From Bacteroidales bacterium (GTDB lineage Bacteria; Bacteroidota; Bacteroidia; Bacteroidales; VadinHA17): a stretch of 64,000 nt of DNA. Shown one piece after another: positions 54,201 through 63,740 of the stretch. The notes beneath the pieces are model-generated. The model had not been told where the DNA came from, did not search any database, and saw nothing but the letters and a program-made list of their open reading frames with translations. Position 1 is the first letter of the stretch. Each line of letters begins with the position of its first letter. The DNA lies in NCBI GenBank assembly GCA_018056245.1, contig JAGPFZ010000004.1:7508-71507 (forward strand), read 5' to 3'. A program made the translations under genes and the position numbers.

Positions 54201-55647
54201 CTCCGACTTTATATGTCTGGCCATTATACGTATATTCAAAAGCAACTGCAAGGACTTCATCGGTATTAAGTGCGGTATTTAATGAAATAAATCCAAGCTG
54301 TTTGTTAACCGTGTATTCTCTTTCATTAAGCTTTCTTGCATTTTCAATTTTCTCGTAATCTCTTCCTGTCTGAAAATCAGGATAAAGCGGACTTAGAACA
54401 TCTGTAACTTTATCCATCTCACGAACATCCGGATAATTCTTAATTAGTTCATCATAAAGTCCGTTTATAGAGTTATCGGGATTTGGCCTTGCACCTGGTT
54501 GTTGCTGAAAGGCAGGAATATCATTATAGATATGCTGGCTGTTTTCGGCAAGATCCATAAAAGCTACAATGTTTCTATTACTTCCTTCTTCGAACCTGCT
54601 TGTTTTATTTGTTATCCACACTTCTATCCTTTCAATGTTGAGGCCTGAACTTATAATCGGGAGGTATTTCATTGCATCATCAAAGATATCCCTGAAATAT
54701 TGCGACAGGAAAAAGTGTCTGTTTGCCTCATAATTATCCACAAATATTTCGAATGTGCTTATTTGAGCGCCTCCTTTTACTTCCATCACCGAAGACTCTC
54801 CTTTTTGTTGGGAAAGAACTGATGTCATTGTAAGTTTTCCGAACTGCATTTCTGTCTTAAGTCCAAAAAGGCTGTAACTACCTGTAATAAGAGTTCCCGG
54901 AAGAGGAAGAGTGACATCGCCTGCTTCTATTTTCTTAATTATTTCATCCTCTTTACCGGCATACTGAAGCTTTATTCTGTTTTCAAATTCGAACATAGCT
55001 TCTGTATTATAATTAACCCCCAGCTGAAGCTTGTCGCCGATGGTTCCAGTCACATTCATCTGTATTTTTTCCTTGAAGTCGAACGTGGGAATACTTCTAA
55101 GTTTTTCTGAGAGAGCCGGGTTTTGAGTGCGTGAGATATTAATTCCAAAAATGAGCTCAGCAGAACCTTGAGGGATAATATTTATTACATTGCTTCCGAA
55201 GATTTTGTCAAAAGCCTCTCCGCCTATTTCGATTGGTGGAATAATTGATGAACGGTATCCTGTTTCATCACCTGAAAGACGCATATTCCAGTATTCTCTC
55301 ATTGCTCTATCGAATTCGTATTTGCGGTATTCTTCGGGGCTCATCCTCACTGGTAACCGGTAATCGAGAGAGCCTGCTTTCTGATAAATTATATATTCGT
55401 TTTTATCAGGATCATATACGACTTTTGAAGTTATGTTTTTAGGAATATTAAGAAATAGAGGCGAACTTGTACTATTTTCCCATGGGATCCCTGAAATATC
55501 TTTTAGTTTAAGCACCTGTTTTTTTGTTGTATCCAGGGGAGTAACATTTTGTCCATAAGACTGAAGGAAGATAATAAAGCTAAAGATTGCAGAAAATACG
55601 ATACGGAAAATCTGCTGTAGATTTTTATATGAAAAACAAGATTTCAA
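48217..55647 (-). CDS. sprA: T9SS translocon / gliding-motility protein SprA
   Basis: 2476-aa outer-membrane beta-barrel-type protein with a signal peptide and a C-terminal F-x-L-x-F-type ending. Size and the ruvA-adjacent context match SprA. Apparent TTG start 6-7 nt after the ruvA stop. Confidence 0.88.
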   Translation of the reverse strand: MKSCFSYKNLQQIFRIVFSAIFSFIIFLQSYGQNVTPLDTTKKQVLKLKDISGIPWENSTSSPLFLNIPKNITSKVVYDPDKNEYIIYQKAGSLDYRLPVRMSPEEYRKYEFDRAMREYWNMRLSGDETGYRSSIIPPIEIGGEAFDKIFGSNVINIIPQGSAELIFGINISRTQNPALSEKLRSIPTFDFKEKIQMNVTGTIGDKLQLGVNYNTEAMFEFENRIKLQYAGKEDEIIKKIEAGDVTLPLPGTLITGSYSLFGLKTEMQFGKLTMTSVLSQQKGESSVMEVKGGAQISTFEIFVDNYEANRHFFLSQYFRDIFDDAMKYLPIISSGLNIERIEVWITNKTSRFEEGSNRNIVAFMDLAENSQHIYNDIPAFQQQPGARPNPDNSINGLYDELIKNYPDVREMDKVTDVLSPLYPDFQTGRDYEKIENARKLNEREYTVNKQLGFISLNTALNTDEVLAVAFEYTYNGQTYKVGEFSTDGVAAPQALILKLLKGTTLSPKLPTWKLMMKNIYSLGSGRVERKNFELNILYQDDNTGNSINYLPEGNLSDIILLQVLRLDNLNSRLDREPDGVFDFIENATIMPDRGRIIFPVNEPFGSYLREQFTDKKLADKYVFQELYDSTQTIARQMAEKNKFKLTGQYSSAAGSEIQLNATNIPQGAIKVTAGGVVLTENSDYTVDYNLGTVRIINQALIDSETPIQVSLESNQFFGFQTKTLVGTYLDYRISDNFNVGGTILHLNERPYTQKVNFGEEPISNTIWGLNTSYKSQSQMLTNVIDKLPFIRTKAPSAVSFFGEFANLVPGHSKAISNAGNSYIDDFEASEMPLDLKSFNAWTLASIPQGQDMMFPEARLNNNLASGFNRARLAWYVIDPLFLRNGSSTPEHIKNNPDEQSSHFVREIFETEIFPYKESPSGVPATIGVLNVAFYPSERGQYNFDTTPSGYSAGLNSDGSLNNPSSRWGGIMREVLTSDFEQSNIQYIKFWLMDPFVENSDHKGGDIYFNLGNISEDILKDSRKSFENGLPGSPDVKNVDTTAWGRVPTIQAVVHAFDNDPMSRQYQDVGFDGLRDDDEKTFYEKYLQNLSSVLSIEAYNEFEKDPSNDDFHYFRGSDYDRIGLSILDRYKRYNGSEGNSPSAEMSPENYPTSGTTLPDMEDINRDNTLSETESYYQYKVSMRPEDLKVGSNFIVDEIEYTATFANGEKSKVKWYQFKIPITDYERVVGSIRDFKSIRFMRMFMRNFEEPVILRFAKLDLVRAEWRKYNMSFKEGSERTNIPEQEDGSFEISSVSIEENSGKLPVNYVLPPGFTRIIDPSNPQLRQLNEQSMVFRVHDLEDGDARAAFRNINIDIRQYRQIRMEVHAEALIGEPLSDNELTAFIRIGSDYKSNFYEYEIPLKLTPPGRYNNDNDSHREIVWPEENSFIIDLSVLQDAKQARNSEMQKQGSTLSVSDVFIYYDKQNRVSVSGNPNLSNIKVIMVGIRNPVKTRNPALDDGRPKSGEVWFNELRLSDFVENSGWAANTHLQAQLADIGIVDLVGQTSTPGWGSIEKKVNERSKEQILKYDLSSTIELGKFFPEEANIRLPVYLGYSQERIQPQFNPLDPDIPLKDALLNAETRKERDSIKSISEDYAHRKTLTVSNAGVNIRGEKPHLWDPANLSFNYTYNEVYRSNIKTELDLEKNIHGGINYNYESQPKNIAPFRNVRFLNSPAFRLIKDFNFYPFPRSISFRTDISRYYNEVKLRNINNPYLKVTPSYRKDFEWSRIYDFKYDITRQLKFDFTATSIARIDEPQGGVDRKRYATEYEHWKDSVLTNLKNFGRTTTYTHIININYNIPVNKLPLLDWTNSNLRYGSDYTWLAAPLFPDSIKLNPGNTIKNHNDLTLTFNAAFSALYNKFKFLRNIETNTRPESRLKMKPEFKTVTYTREKLSFKQGVTRAFTHNLKTTDVSVKVYDSAGREIPGKVAVVSENRITFTPEQQAVNARIVIEGKVVKKRSPEIVAGEYFVRALMGIRNVSITLTNTQGQILPGYLPETNFLGMGKFNNILSPGWPFILGYGDKKFFDRAVENGWLSTDTLLNTPVSFITGQTISFRSMIEPFPGIRIDLTADRRYNEAITAYYIADRNGNFPDSTRNRIVSGNFTISIISWGTAFEKISKKNDYVSPTYEAFVNNTEIISRRRADERKAIDPSYYPDIDPVNGTPIEGKYKNGFGKTSREVLIPAFLAAYTKTDPEKVSLEPFPSALKMMPNWRINFDGLSRFDFIQSIFRSINISHQYRSTYSVSSFTTNLKYNADENGISYVRDFQNNFLSPYEINVVTINEQFSPLFNVDMNWKNNLTTRFEWRKSRTVSLNLTSNQIADARSNEIIVGSGYRFDDVQIIIKTGGRQRALKSDLNVRFDFSMRDNKTIARKIIENVNQPVVGSKVFTIGVSADYVLSDRFNLQIFADHTMNNPFVASTFPTSNTNFGFSLKFALIQ

Positions 55648-55653
55648 TATTTT

Positions 55654-56235
55654 TTACAAGTTTTTCAATGCTCTCTTGATAAGTTCCTCCACAGTTAACT
55701 TTTTATCTTCACTGATAATCCTGTCGAGAACTTTCATGACAGCATTTCTGGAAAAACCCAGCATTACTAATGCAGATAACGCCTCTTCATGTTTGGTATT
55801 GTCCTCACCAATGAATATTTCGGCAGCAGATTTCTGTTTACCAATTTTATCCTTAAGATCAATTATAATTCGTTGTGCAGTTTTGATTCCGATACCTTTT
55901 ATTCCTTTCAGCAGATTTACATTTGCTTCATTAATTGCTTTAGTTATATCGGCCGGTGTGAGCGATGAAAGTATCATACGGGCGGTATTTGCTCCTATAC
56001 CTGAAACTGAAATAAGATGACGAAAAATATTTCTTTCCTCCTCATCGGCAAAACCGAAAAACTGACGGGCATCTTCACGAATTACTTCGTGAATAAGAAT
56101 TCTGTAACTTGTTTTATTTTCAAGCTTTGAATAAGTATTAATAGATATATTTATAAAATATCCTATTCCTGCTGTTTCTACAACTACGTAAGTCGGTGAA
56201 AGTTCTGTTATTGTTCCGATAATGTAATTAATCAT
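55654..56235 (-). CDS. ruvA: Holliday junction branch-migration complex subunit RuvA
   Basis: MINYIIGTI start, and HhH motifs LISVSGIGANTA and GIKGIGIKTAQRI. Confidence 0.92.
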   Translation of the reverse strand: MINYIIGTITELSPTYVVVETAGIGYFINISINTYSKLENKTSYRILIHEVIREDARQFFGFADEEERNIFRHLISVSGIGANTARMILSSLTPADITKAINEANVNLLKGIKGIGIKTAQRIIIDLKDKIGKQKSAAEIFIGEDNTKHEEALSALVMLGFSRNAVMKVLDRIISEDKKLTVEELIKRALKNL

Positions 56236-57344
56236 ATCAGTTGTTCAAGGTCAAGGCTATTAATTTCAGGTGGAAGTTCCTCAGGATGTCCGGAATGAAT
56301 ATCAACTTCAGAATGTTTCAGAGTGTTTTTGGTAATCTCAGAGTACATTTTTCTATTTCGATAAATATCACATGCAAGATATATAGCATGTCGGAAAGAA
56401 TTTTCTGATGCTACTCCTTTACCTGAAATTTCAAATGCGGTCCCATGCACAGGTGAAGTTCTTACTGCAGGGAGACCTGCTGTAAAATTTACTCCGGTAT
56501 CAAATGAAAGAGCTTTAAAAGGAGTAAGTCCCTGGTCGTGATACATTGCCAGCACAGCATCAAATTTAGCGAATATCCCTGCTCCAAAAAATCCGTCGGC
56601 CGAGAAGGGCCCGAATGCCATTATCCCTTCCTCTCTTGCTTTTTGGATTGCAGGGATTATTATTTCCGCTTCCTCATTTCCAAGAAGTGAATTATCGCCG
56701 GCATGAGGATTCAGTCCAAGAACTGCAATAGTTGGTTTGCGGATAGCAAAATCAATCACAAGAGAACTATTCATAATTCTTAGTTTCTGCAGTATGGCAT
56801 CGAAAGTAATAAGTCGGGGTACTTCTTTAAGTGGTACATGGCCCGTGACGATCCCGACCTTCATGTTTTCACTTATCATAAACATAAGTACTTCTTCTAC
56901 ACCAAACTTTGATTTCAAATATTCGGTATGGCCGGGAAAATTGAAATTTGCTGATTGGATTGATTTTTTGTTTATAGGAGCAGTAACCAGAACATCTATT
57001 TTCCCCTCTTTCAAATCATTTACAGCTCTTTCCAGAGCAATAAATGCTGTTTCTCCGCTATGAGAAGTTGACTTTCCCAATTCTACTCTTACATCATCAC
57101 CAAGGCAGTTAATTATGTTAGCTCTTTTATTATTGGCTTCACCTGGATCGCGGATGGAATTAAAGCTGAAATTTTCAATATTCAATACTTTCCTATGATA
57201 GGCTGCCACTTTTGGCGAACCATAAACAACCGGGACAAAAATGTCAAAAATATTGTTATCGAGCAGGCATTTAATAATCACTTCATAGCCAATGCTATTG
57301 ATATCTCCATGAGTTATTCCGACAATAATCTGTTTATTCTCCAT
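56232..57344 (-). CDS. pdxA: 4-hydroxythreonine-4-phosphate dehydrogenase
   Basis: GITHGDINSIG, FPGHTEYL, NPHAGD and AMYHDQGL. Confidence 0.9.
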   Translation of the reverse strand: MENKQIIVGITHGDINSIGYEVIIKCLLDNNIFDIFVPVVYGSPKVAAYHRKVLNIENFSFNSIRDPGEANNKRANIINCLGDDVRVELGKSTSHSGETAFIALERAVNDLKEGKIDVLVTAPINKKSIQSANFNFPGHTEYLKSKFGVEEVLMFMISENMKVGIVTGHVPLKEVPRLITFDAILQKLRIMNSSLVIDFAIRKPTIAVLGLNPHAGDNSLLGNEEAEIIIPAIQKAREEGIMAFGPFSADGFFGAGIFAKFDAVLAMYHDQGLTPFKALSFDTGVNFTAGLPAVRTSPVHGTAFEISGKGVASENSFRHAIYLACDIYRNRKMYSEITKNTLKHSEVDIHSGHPEELPPEINSLDLEQLI

Positions 57345-57348
57345 TTTA

Positions 57349-58809
57349 CTATTTATTATTTATTTTACCCGAAGCAAGTTTCCTAAGAAAAACTGTAAGA
57401 AGCCTTAGCCCTGAACCAGGTCCTTCCTTTAATCTGTAAAAGTCGTCTTTCTTTAAAATACCGGTTCCTGCAATATCCAGATGAATTAATGGGTATTTTG
57501 CGAATGATTCGAGGAATTTGCCGGCAGTGATTGCACCAGCTTCTCTCCCGCCATTATTCTTAATATCTGCCACATCCGATTTCAAAGATTCACTGTATTC
57601 ATCCCAGAAAGGCAGACAGGCGATTCTTTCATATACATCATTCCCAGCCTCTTCGAGTATTTTAAAATACTCTTCATCTGCATTACCCATTGCTGCAATA
57701 GCCTGGTTCCCAAAAGTCATAGCCGCAGAACCTGTTAATGTGGCAATAGTTATAATAAGCTCCGGTGCGTAATTGCAGGCATAGCTTATCGCATCGGCAA
57801 GCAAAAGCCTTCCTTCTGCATCGGTGTTCCCTATTTCAACGGTTGAACCATCAAACATTCTGATAATATCTCCCTGAGTATAAGCATTTCCTCCGGGGCG
57901 GTTATCGGTTGCAGGCAACAATCCAATAACATGAACCGGCAATTCACACTTTGAAATCACATACATGATACCTGCAACTGTGGCGGCACCAGCCATATCA
58001 GCCTTCATCTGGCTCATATATTCCCCGGTTTTTATGTTCAAACCTCCGGTGTCATACATAATGCCCTTACCTATAAGTACCACAGGTTTATTGTTTACAC
58101 TTTTTTGTGGCTTCCATTCGAGGATACAAAATACAGGTGGATCAACACTTCCGCGATTCACAGCAAGAATACCACCCATCTTTAGAGCTTCAATTTTTTC
58201 TTTATAAAATACTTCCACAGAAAAACCTGCCGAATTTCCAATCTTTTTTATTTCTTCGGCAAATGCATTAGCATTAAGATAATTCGGCGGCTCATTTATT
58301 AAATCGCGTGTCATATAAACAGCTTCGCAAAGCGTACTTAACCACAATATATTTTGATTTACCCCGATATTATAAATAAGAATTTTAGAAGGAAATTTCC
58401 CACCATTCTTTTTTTCTTCTTTTGTTTTATACTTTGAAAATGAATAAATGCTCAGTATGAGCCCTTCTGCAAAAGCTTCTTCTGCGCCACTCAACGAACC
58501 ATCCGAAGCAATTACAATTTCAGAGTGACTGTTTGACTTGATTAGCTTTTTCATTACTGAAGCTTTTTTTCGCAGATCCTCCAATAGCTTGTATCCGGTA
58601 AGTTCAGTATTCAAAGGGACAATATACGTGCATTTAAAATACGAATTAATAAATACAAATTCATCCTTTTCTTTAAGCCTCTTTTCAGCATATTCTTTTT
58701 CACTTCGGCTCAGCATTATATAAGGCGGAATTTCTTCATTCCCCACAATAAAAATAACCGACTGTTCAGGAGATATTTGAGATACCGATTTTACATCTAT
58801 TTTTATCAT
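57349..58809 (-). CDS. pepA: leucyl aminopeptidase (M17)
   Basis: M17 signature NTDAEGRLLLAD, plus GKGIMYDTGG and MKADMAGAA. Confidence 0.88.
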   Translation of the reverse strand: MIKIDVKSVSQISPEQSVIFIVGNEEIPPYIMLSRSEKEYAEKRLKEKDEFVFINSYFKCTYIVPLNTELTGYKLLEDLRKKASVMKKLIKSNSHSEIVIASDGSLSGAEEAFAEGLILSIYSFSKYKTKEEKKNGGKFPSKILIYNIGVNQNILWLSTLCEAVYMTRDLINEPPNYLNANAFAEEIKKIGNSAGFSVEVFYKEKIEALKMGGILAVNRGSVDPPVFCILEWKPQKSVNNKPVVLIGKGIMYDTGGLNIKTGEYMSQMKADMAGAATVAGIMYVISKCELPVHVIGLLPATDNRPGGNAYTQGDIIRMFDGSTVEIGNTDAEGRLLLADAISYACNYAPELIITIATLTGSAAMTFGNQAIAAMGNADEEYFKILEEAGNDVYERIACLPFWDEYSESLKSDVADIKNNGGREAGAITAGKFLESFAKYPLIHLDIAGTGILKKDDFYRLKEGPGSGLRLLTVFLRKLASGKINNK

Positions 58810-59022
58810 AATAATTTATTTTAATAACATAAAATCTTGATAAATTTGACTATTATAATATATATTTACTATTTACGTATCATCAATACACGAAAATATT
58901 TTAAATTAACTCTTTGAGAGAAAGCGTAAAGTTAATTAAAAAATCTAACTCTCTCCATGAAATTTCTACAATTGTAATCATTTATATATCAACAATATAA
59001 AATAAACTTGTTCAATCTTATA

Positions 59023-60111
59023 ATGAAATTTGAAAGTATTCTTAATCGTGCTATAAAGATGGAGCCTATCTCTTTTAAAGAAGGGATGATATTATATGAT
59101 CATGCTCCGACCTCGCTTCTTATGTTCTATGCCGATCAGATAAGGAAAAGACTTCATCCCGACGATAAAGTCGGCTGGATAATAGACAGAAATGTCAACA
59201 TCACCAATATATGTTTCTCGCAATGTTCATTTTGTAATTTTTGTCGCCGGAAAAATTCGGATGATGCATATATAACCACTATAGAGCAGTATCGGGAAAA
59301 AATTGACCAATTGTTTGCACTGGGTGGAAAACAGCTTTTGTTGCAGGGTGGGATGAATCCGGATCTTGGACTTGGATTTTATAAGAATCTTTTTATCTTG
59401 CTTAAAAAAGAATATCCGGCCTTGAAGCTTCATGCTTTAGGACCTCCTGAAATAGTATATCTTGCCAGAAAAGAAGGATTAACTTTCAGGGAAGTACTTC
59501 TGGAATTAATTGATGCCGGCCTTGATAGTTTGCCTGGCGCCGGTGCTGAGATTCTCTCCGAAAGAGTAAGAAAGAATATTTCGCCGGCGAAAGCAACTGT
59601 TGATGAATGGCTTGAAGTGATGCGCGAAGCACATAAACTGAATATTCCAACATCGGCTACAATGATGGCAGGGCATGTTGAGACGAGAGAGGAACGTATA
59701 ATACACTTAATTAAATTACGTGAATTGCAATCTGAAAAGCCTGAAGGTAGTTATGGTTTTATCACTTTTATTCCCTGGCCTTTTCAGCATAAGAATACGC
59801 GGCTTTACAGAGATTCAAACATTACTAATAGTATCAATGGCCTTGAATATATCAGGTTAATTGCAATAAGCAGGATAATGTTAAATAATATTCCTAATAT
59901 TCAGGCTTCACTCCTTACTGTAGGAAAAGAAATTGCAATGATGTCACTTCATTCGGGCGCAAATGATCTTGGATCAATTATGATTGAAGAAAATGTAATC
60001 AGCGGTGCTGGCGATATTCAAATATTCGATTCGGACACAATATGCACAATAATAAATAAAACCGGTTTTACACCGATAAAAAGAAACCAGAAATATGAAC
60101 CTGAAAATTAA
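59023..60111 (+). CDS. CofH/MqnC/MqnE-family radical SAM enzyme (futalosine-type menaquinone step likely)
   Basis: [15 protein letters not shown] radical-SAM cluster, with the GGMNPDL and TMMAGHVET motifs typical of the family. I cannot distinguish the exact member by eye. Confidence 0.7.
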   Translation: MKFESILNRAIKMEPISFKEGMILYDHAPTSLLMFYADQIRKRLHPDDKVGWIIDRNVNITNICFSQCSFCNFCRRKNSDDAYITTIEQYREKIDQLFALGGKQLLLQGGMNPDLGLGFYKNLFILLKKEYPALKLHALGPPEIVYLARKEGLTFREVLLELIDAGLDSLPGAGAEILSERVRKNISPAKATVDEWLEVMREAHKLNIPTSATMMAGHVETREERIIHLIKLRELQSEKPEGSYGFITFIPWPFQHKNTRLYRDSNITNSINGLEYIRLIAISRIMLNNIPNIQASLLTVGKEIAMMSLHSGANDLGSIMIEENVISGAGDIQIFDSDTICTIINKTGFTPIKRNQKYEPEN

Positions 60112-60284
60112 TCTTTATTAAGAATTTCTTTCTTCTCCTCTTCAGGATCATCTTTGGTAGCCTTCCTGAATTCTTTCAGTCCATGTCCGATGCCTTTCAT
60201 AAGTTCAGGTATCTTTCGGCCGCCAAACAGAAGCACTACAATTAACAAAATTAAAACAATCTCCAAAGGTCCTATCTTTCCCAT
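60108..60284 (-). CDS. tatA: twin-arginine translocase subunit TatA/E
   Basis: Not in the ORF track because it is under 60 aa. The reverse complement reads [58 protein letters not shown], i.e. a TM helix, the FGxxKxPEL hinge and an amphipathic helix. Track ORF 60154..60342(+) on the opposite strand is spurious. Confidence 0.85.
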   Translation of the reverse strand: MGKIGPLEIVLILLIVVLLFGGRKIPELMKGIGHGLKEFRKATKDDPEEEKKEILNKD

Positions 60285-60348
60285 TTTTTTAAATTTTAAA
60301 AAACATTACAAAGTTACAATTACTTTGATAAAAACAAAATAGAAAATA

Positions 60349-61674
60349 TTATTTATTCAGAAGTCTTACTATATCATTTGCATTTGCATAAATCAACAGA
60401 GCAAAAAGGAATATCATACCTGCTATCTGGGCATATTCGAGGAACTTATCGCTTGGTTTTCTACTGGTTATGACTTCATACAACAAGAAAAGAATATGTC
60501 CGCCATCAAGCCCGGGAATTGGAATAATATTCATAACTGCAAGAATTATTGACAAAAAGGCCGTAAGATTCCAGAATGACTGCCAGTTCCATGTTCCCGG
60601 AAATATGCTTCCTATAGTAATAAATCCCCCAAGCGACTCATACCCCTTAGCTTCCTTCGAAAATATCAGCTTAAACTGTTTAAGATAATCACCTATAGTA
60701 CTAATACCAAGTTTAATGCCTTCTGGAATTGATTCCAGGAAGCTATAATTGACAGTCTTAAGCTCAAAAATATTTTCATACGATCGCATTATCTCAAGGC
60801 GTCCGTTTTGATTTACAGTAACCGGAATATTTAAATTCTCACCGTTTCGGACAATATTCAGGGTTACAACTTTCCCTTTATTCTTCATAAGGTAATTCTG
60901 GAACTCGTCAAAGAATTCAAATTGGATATTATCAACCCCTTTAATTTCATCGCCTTCTTTTACTCCTGCAACTTTTGCAGGTGAATTTTTCCCAAAGCCG
61001 CTCACAATAAAAGTAGAAAAAGGAAGCCTTGGCTCAATTCGTCCTCCTCCTTTTATTGCACTATTGATATATGCCTGTGGAATGTTGACATTGATTATTT
61101 CCCCATTTCTTTCTACCTGGATCGTTTTCTTGTTATTGAGAATTATCTCCTTTTGAATCTGATAAAAATTATCTATATACTGACCGTCAACTGATAAAAT
61201 TTTATCTCCATTTCTAAGTCCTATTGAATATCCGACACTATCGGTTACAATCCCGTATTTTACGCTGGAAGTGGGTAAATATGTTTCTCCCCATTTGTAA
61301 AGAATCACGACATAAATGAGTATTGCAAATAGGAAATTAAACAAGACGCCGGCGACCATTACAAGAAGTCTCTGCCATGAAGGTTTTGACCTGAATTCCC
61401 ATGGTTCGGGAGGTTTTTTAAGCTGTTCCGTATCGAGCGACTCATCAATCATTCCTGCTATTTTTACATATCCTCCAAGTGGTAACCATCCTATTCCATA
61501 TTCGGTCTCTCCTTTCTTAAATTTAAAAATAGAAAACCATGGATCGAAAAAAAGATAAAATTTTTCCACTCTTGTTTTAAAAATCTTCGCAAAGATGAAA
61601 TGGCCAAATTCATGCACTATAATCAGAATTGAAAGGCTTAAAATAAATTGAAGTATTTTTATAAGTACAGTCAT
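60349..61674 (-). CDS. rseP: site-2 (RIP) zinc metalloprotease RseP
   Basis: HEFGHF zinc motif, PDZ domains and NIIPIPGLDGGH. Confidence 0.9.
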   Translation of the reverse strand: MTVLIKILQFILSLSILIIVHEFGHFIFAKIFKTRVEKFYLFFDPWFSIFKFKKGETEYGIGWLPLGGYVKIAGMIDESLDTEQLKKPPEPWEFRSKPSWQRLLVMVAGVLFNFLFAILIYVVILYKWGETYLPTSSVKYGIVTDSVGYSIGLRNGDKILSVDGQYIDNFYQIQKEIILNNKKTIQVERNGEIINVNIPQAYINSAIKGGGRIEPRLPFSTFIVSGFGKNSPAKVAGVKEGDEIKGVDNIQFEFFDEFQNYLMKNKGKVVTLNIVRNGENLNIPVTVNQNGRLEIMRSYENIFELKTVNYSFLESIPEGIKLGISTIGDYLKQFKLIFSKEAKGYESLGGFITIGSIFPGTWNWQSFWNLTAFLSIILAVMNIIPIPGLDGGHILFLLYEVITSRKPSDKFLEYAQIAGMIFLFALLIYANANDIVRLLNK

Positions 61675-62858
61675 CTTTTCAGTTGTAAATTATTTGTAAT
61701 ATAGTTTTTTGCTATTTCTCTGCTTTCAAAATCGGCTGACTCAAGGATTTCAAGGTTTATTTCACGAACAAAGGTAGTTTTAGCCATTGTATATTCTACA
61801 ATATCTGATATTTGTAAGAATCCTGTTCTGCCTTCAAGAAAACTTTTTACAGCCACTTCATTAGCGGCATTCATTATGCAAGGCATATTGCCCCCTATTT
61901 TGAGGGCTTCATACGCAAGAGGCAGGTTATGGAAGAGAGTTATGTCGGGTTTCATAAAAGTCAAAAACGACAAATCGGTAAGGTCAAGCCTTGGCAAGTC
62001 GGAAGGAATTCTTTCAGGGAAGCCAAGAGCGTAAAGAATCGGAATGCGCATATCGGGCATACCAAGCTGAGCTTTCACCGAGCCATCGTGGAAATAAACA
62101 AGAGAATGAATTATTGATTGAGGATGAATAACAACATCTATTTTTTCAGGCTCAATATTAAAAAGCCATTTTGCTTCTATCACTTCGAGTCCTTTATTCA
62201 TCAATGTTGCCGAGTCGATTGTTATTTTGCTTCCCATATCCCACCTGGGATGCTTCAATGCCTGTTCAGGGGTCACATATAAAAGTTGTTCGTAAGTGTA
62301 ATTCAAAAAAGGACCGCCTGAAGCTGTCAGGATTAATTTTTCTACGGTTTTTCTGTTCTCACCTACCATGCACTGGAACAAAGCTGAATGTTCGGAATCG
62401 ACCGGAATAATTCTGCTTCCCGATTTTGAAGCGGCTTGCATAATAACTTCTCCGGCAACAACAAGTGTTTCCTTATTGGCAAGCGCTATGTCTTTTCCTG
62501 TTTTTACGGCAGAAAGAACCGGTTTCATGCCGGCATAGCCAACCATAGCGGCAAGGATTAGATCGGCATCACAGTTAACGGTCACATTTTCTATTTCATT
62601 AACCCCTGCCATAACCTCCACAGGTAATACCGAGAGTGCATCCTTAACTTCTTTATAACAATTCTTATTTGCTATAACTACAGTTTTAGGAAGAAATTTT
62701 TTTGCCTGACTTATAAGAAGGCTTGTATTGCTGCCGGCCGTAAGAACTTCCACGCTGAACCTGTCAGGATATTTAGCTATAATATCGAGAGCCTGCTTCC
62801 CAATCGATCCGGTTGAACCAAGAATTGCAATTCTTTTTGGCCGATCCATATTAAACAA
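61671..62858 (-). CDS. dxr: 1-deoxy-D-xylulose-5-phosphate reductoisomerase
   Basis: ILGSTGSIG, LANKE, DSEHSA and NKGLEVIEA. ATGA overlap with rseP. The real start is probably the internal ATG (MDRPKRIAILG). Confidence 0.95.
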   Translation of the reverse strand: MFNMDRPKRIAILGSTGSIGKQALDIIAKYPDRFSVEVLTAGSNTSLLISQAKKFLPKTVVIANKNCYKEVKDALSVLPVEVMAGVNEIENVTVNCDADLILAAMVGYAGMKPVLSAVKTGKDIALANKETLVVAGEVIMQAASKSGSRIIPVDSEHSALFQCMVGENRKTVEKLILTASGGPFLNYTYEQLLYVTPEQALKHPRWDMGSKITIDSATLMNKGLEVIEAKWLFNIEPEKIDVVIHPQSIIHSLVYFHDGSVKAQLGMPDMRIPILYALGFPERIPSDLPRLDLTDLSFLTFMKPDITLFHNLPLAYEALKIGGNMPCIMNAANEVAVKSFLEGRTGFLQISDIVEYTMAKTTFVREINLEILESADFESREIAKNYITNNLQLKR

Positions 62859-62870
62859 TTTATTTGGAAA

Positions 62871-63740
62871 TTAGAAAAAAATATGTTTTTCAGGATCCAG
62901 AGGAATGCCTTTATACCATATTTCAAAATGAAGGTGAGGACCCGATGTATAAAGTTCTCCCGTACTTCCTACTACAGAAATTGCTTCACCAGCTCTTACA
63001 AAATCTCCATTTTCCTTAAGCAGAGAAGCATTATGCTTATAAACAGTTACAAGGTTATTGTTATGTTGTAACTCTATTACATATCCGGTTTCCATTGTCC
63101 ATCCTGTAAAAATAACTGTACCATTAAGAGCCGCTAAAACAGTTGATCCGGGACGTGTAACAATATCGGTTCCGAAATGCTTTATTCTCGAATCAAATTT
63201 TCCCGTAACAATACCTTTTACAGGAGTGAAAAAATGAAGATCTGCAAGCCCAGACGATTCATTCGTCCTAGTAAAAATAAGATTATATTTTTCTTCCTCT
63301 TCTACTTGAGATATTAATTGATTAGTTTCAGGAATATTACGAAATTCAATATTACTATATTTCCTTCCTGTATCTGAAGAGATCGTAATTTCTTCAGGTC
63401 TCCGACCTGAGATAACCGCATTAAGATTGGCAAAATACTTATCTCTCAGTTCCAGCTCCCTTTCCAGAGAATCGAGCCTTATAGCACTTATCAATATATT
63501 TTTTCTCATTTCCACATCCGGATATCCAGGAATAAATTCCCTAAGATTTGTAAATGCAATGAGGCAAACAGTTGACCCTATAATAATTAATATAACTAAT
63601 GAAGTAAGTATGAAAGCATTATAACGGGTAAGTCTTACTTTCCAGACTTCTTCAAAAGTAGTATCATTATAGATAGTAAATCTGTATTTATCACGCCAGT
63701 TTCTTTTTTTCTTTTCTTCCTTTGCCATTTTCATAAGCAA
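62871..63740 (-). CDS. M23-family metallopeptidase with N-terminal TM anchor and coiled-coil
   Basis: HFGTDIV...GSTGELYTSGPHLHFEIW M23 motifs. TTG start per track. Confidence 0.8.
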   Translation of the reverse strand: MLMKMAKEEKKKRNWRDKYRFTIYNDTTFEEVWKVRLTRYNAFILTSLVILIIIGSTVCLIAFTNLREFIPGYPDVEMRKNILISAIRLDSLERELELRDKYFANLNAVISGRRPEEITISSDTGRKYSNIEFRNIPETNQLISQVEEEEKYNLIFTRTNESSGLADLHFFTPVKGIVTGKFDSRIKHFGTDIVTRPGSTVLAALNGTVIFTGWTMETGYVIELQHNNNLVTVYKHNASLLKENGDFVRAGEAISVVGSTGELYTSGPHLHFEIWYKGIPLDPEKHIFF

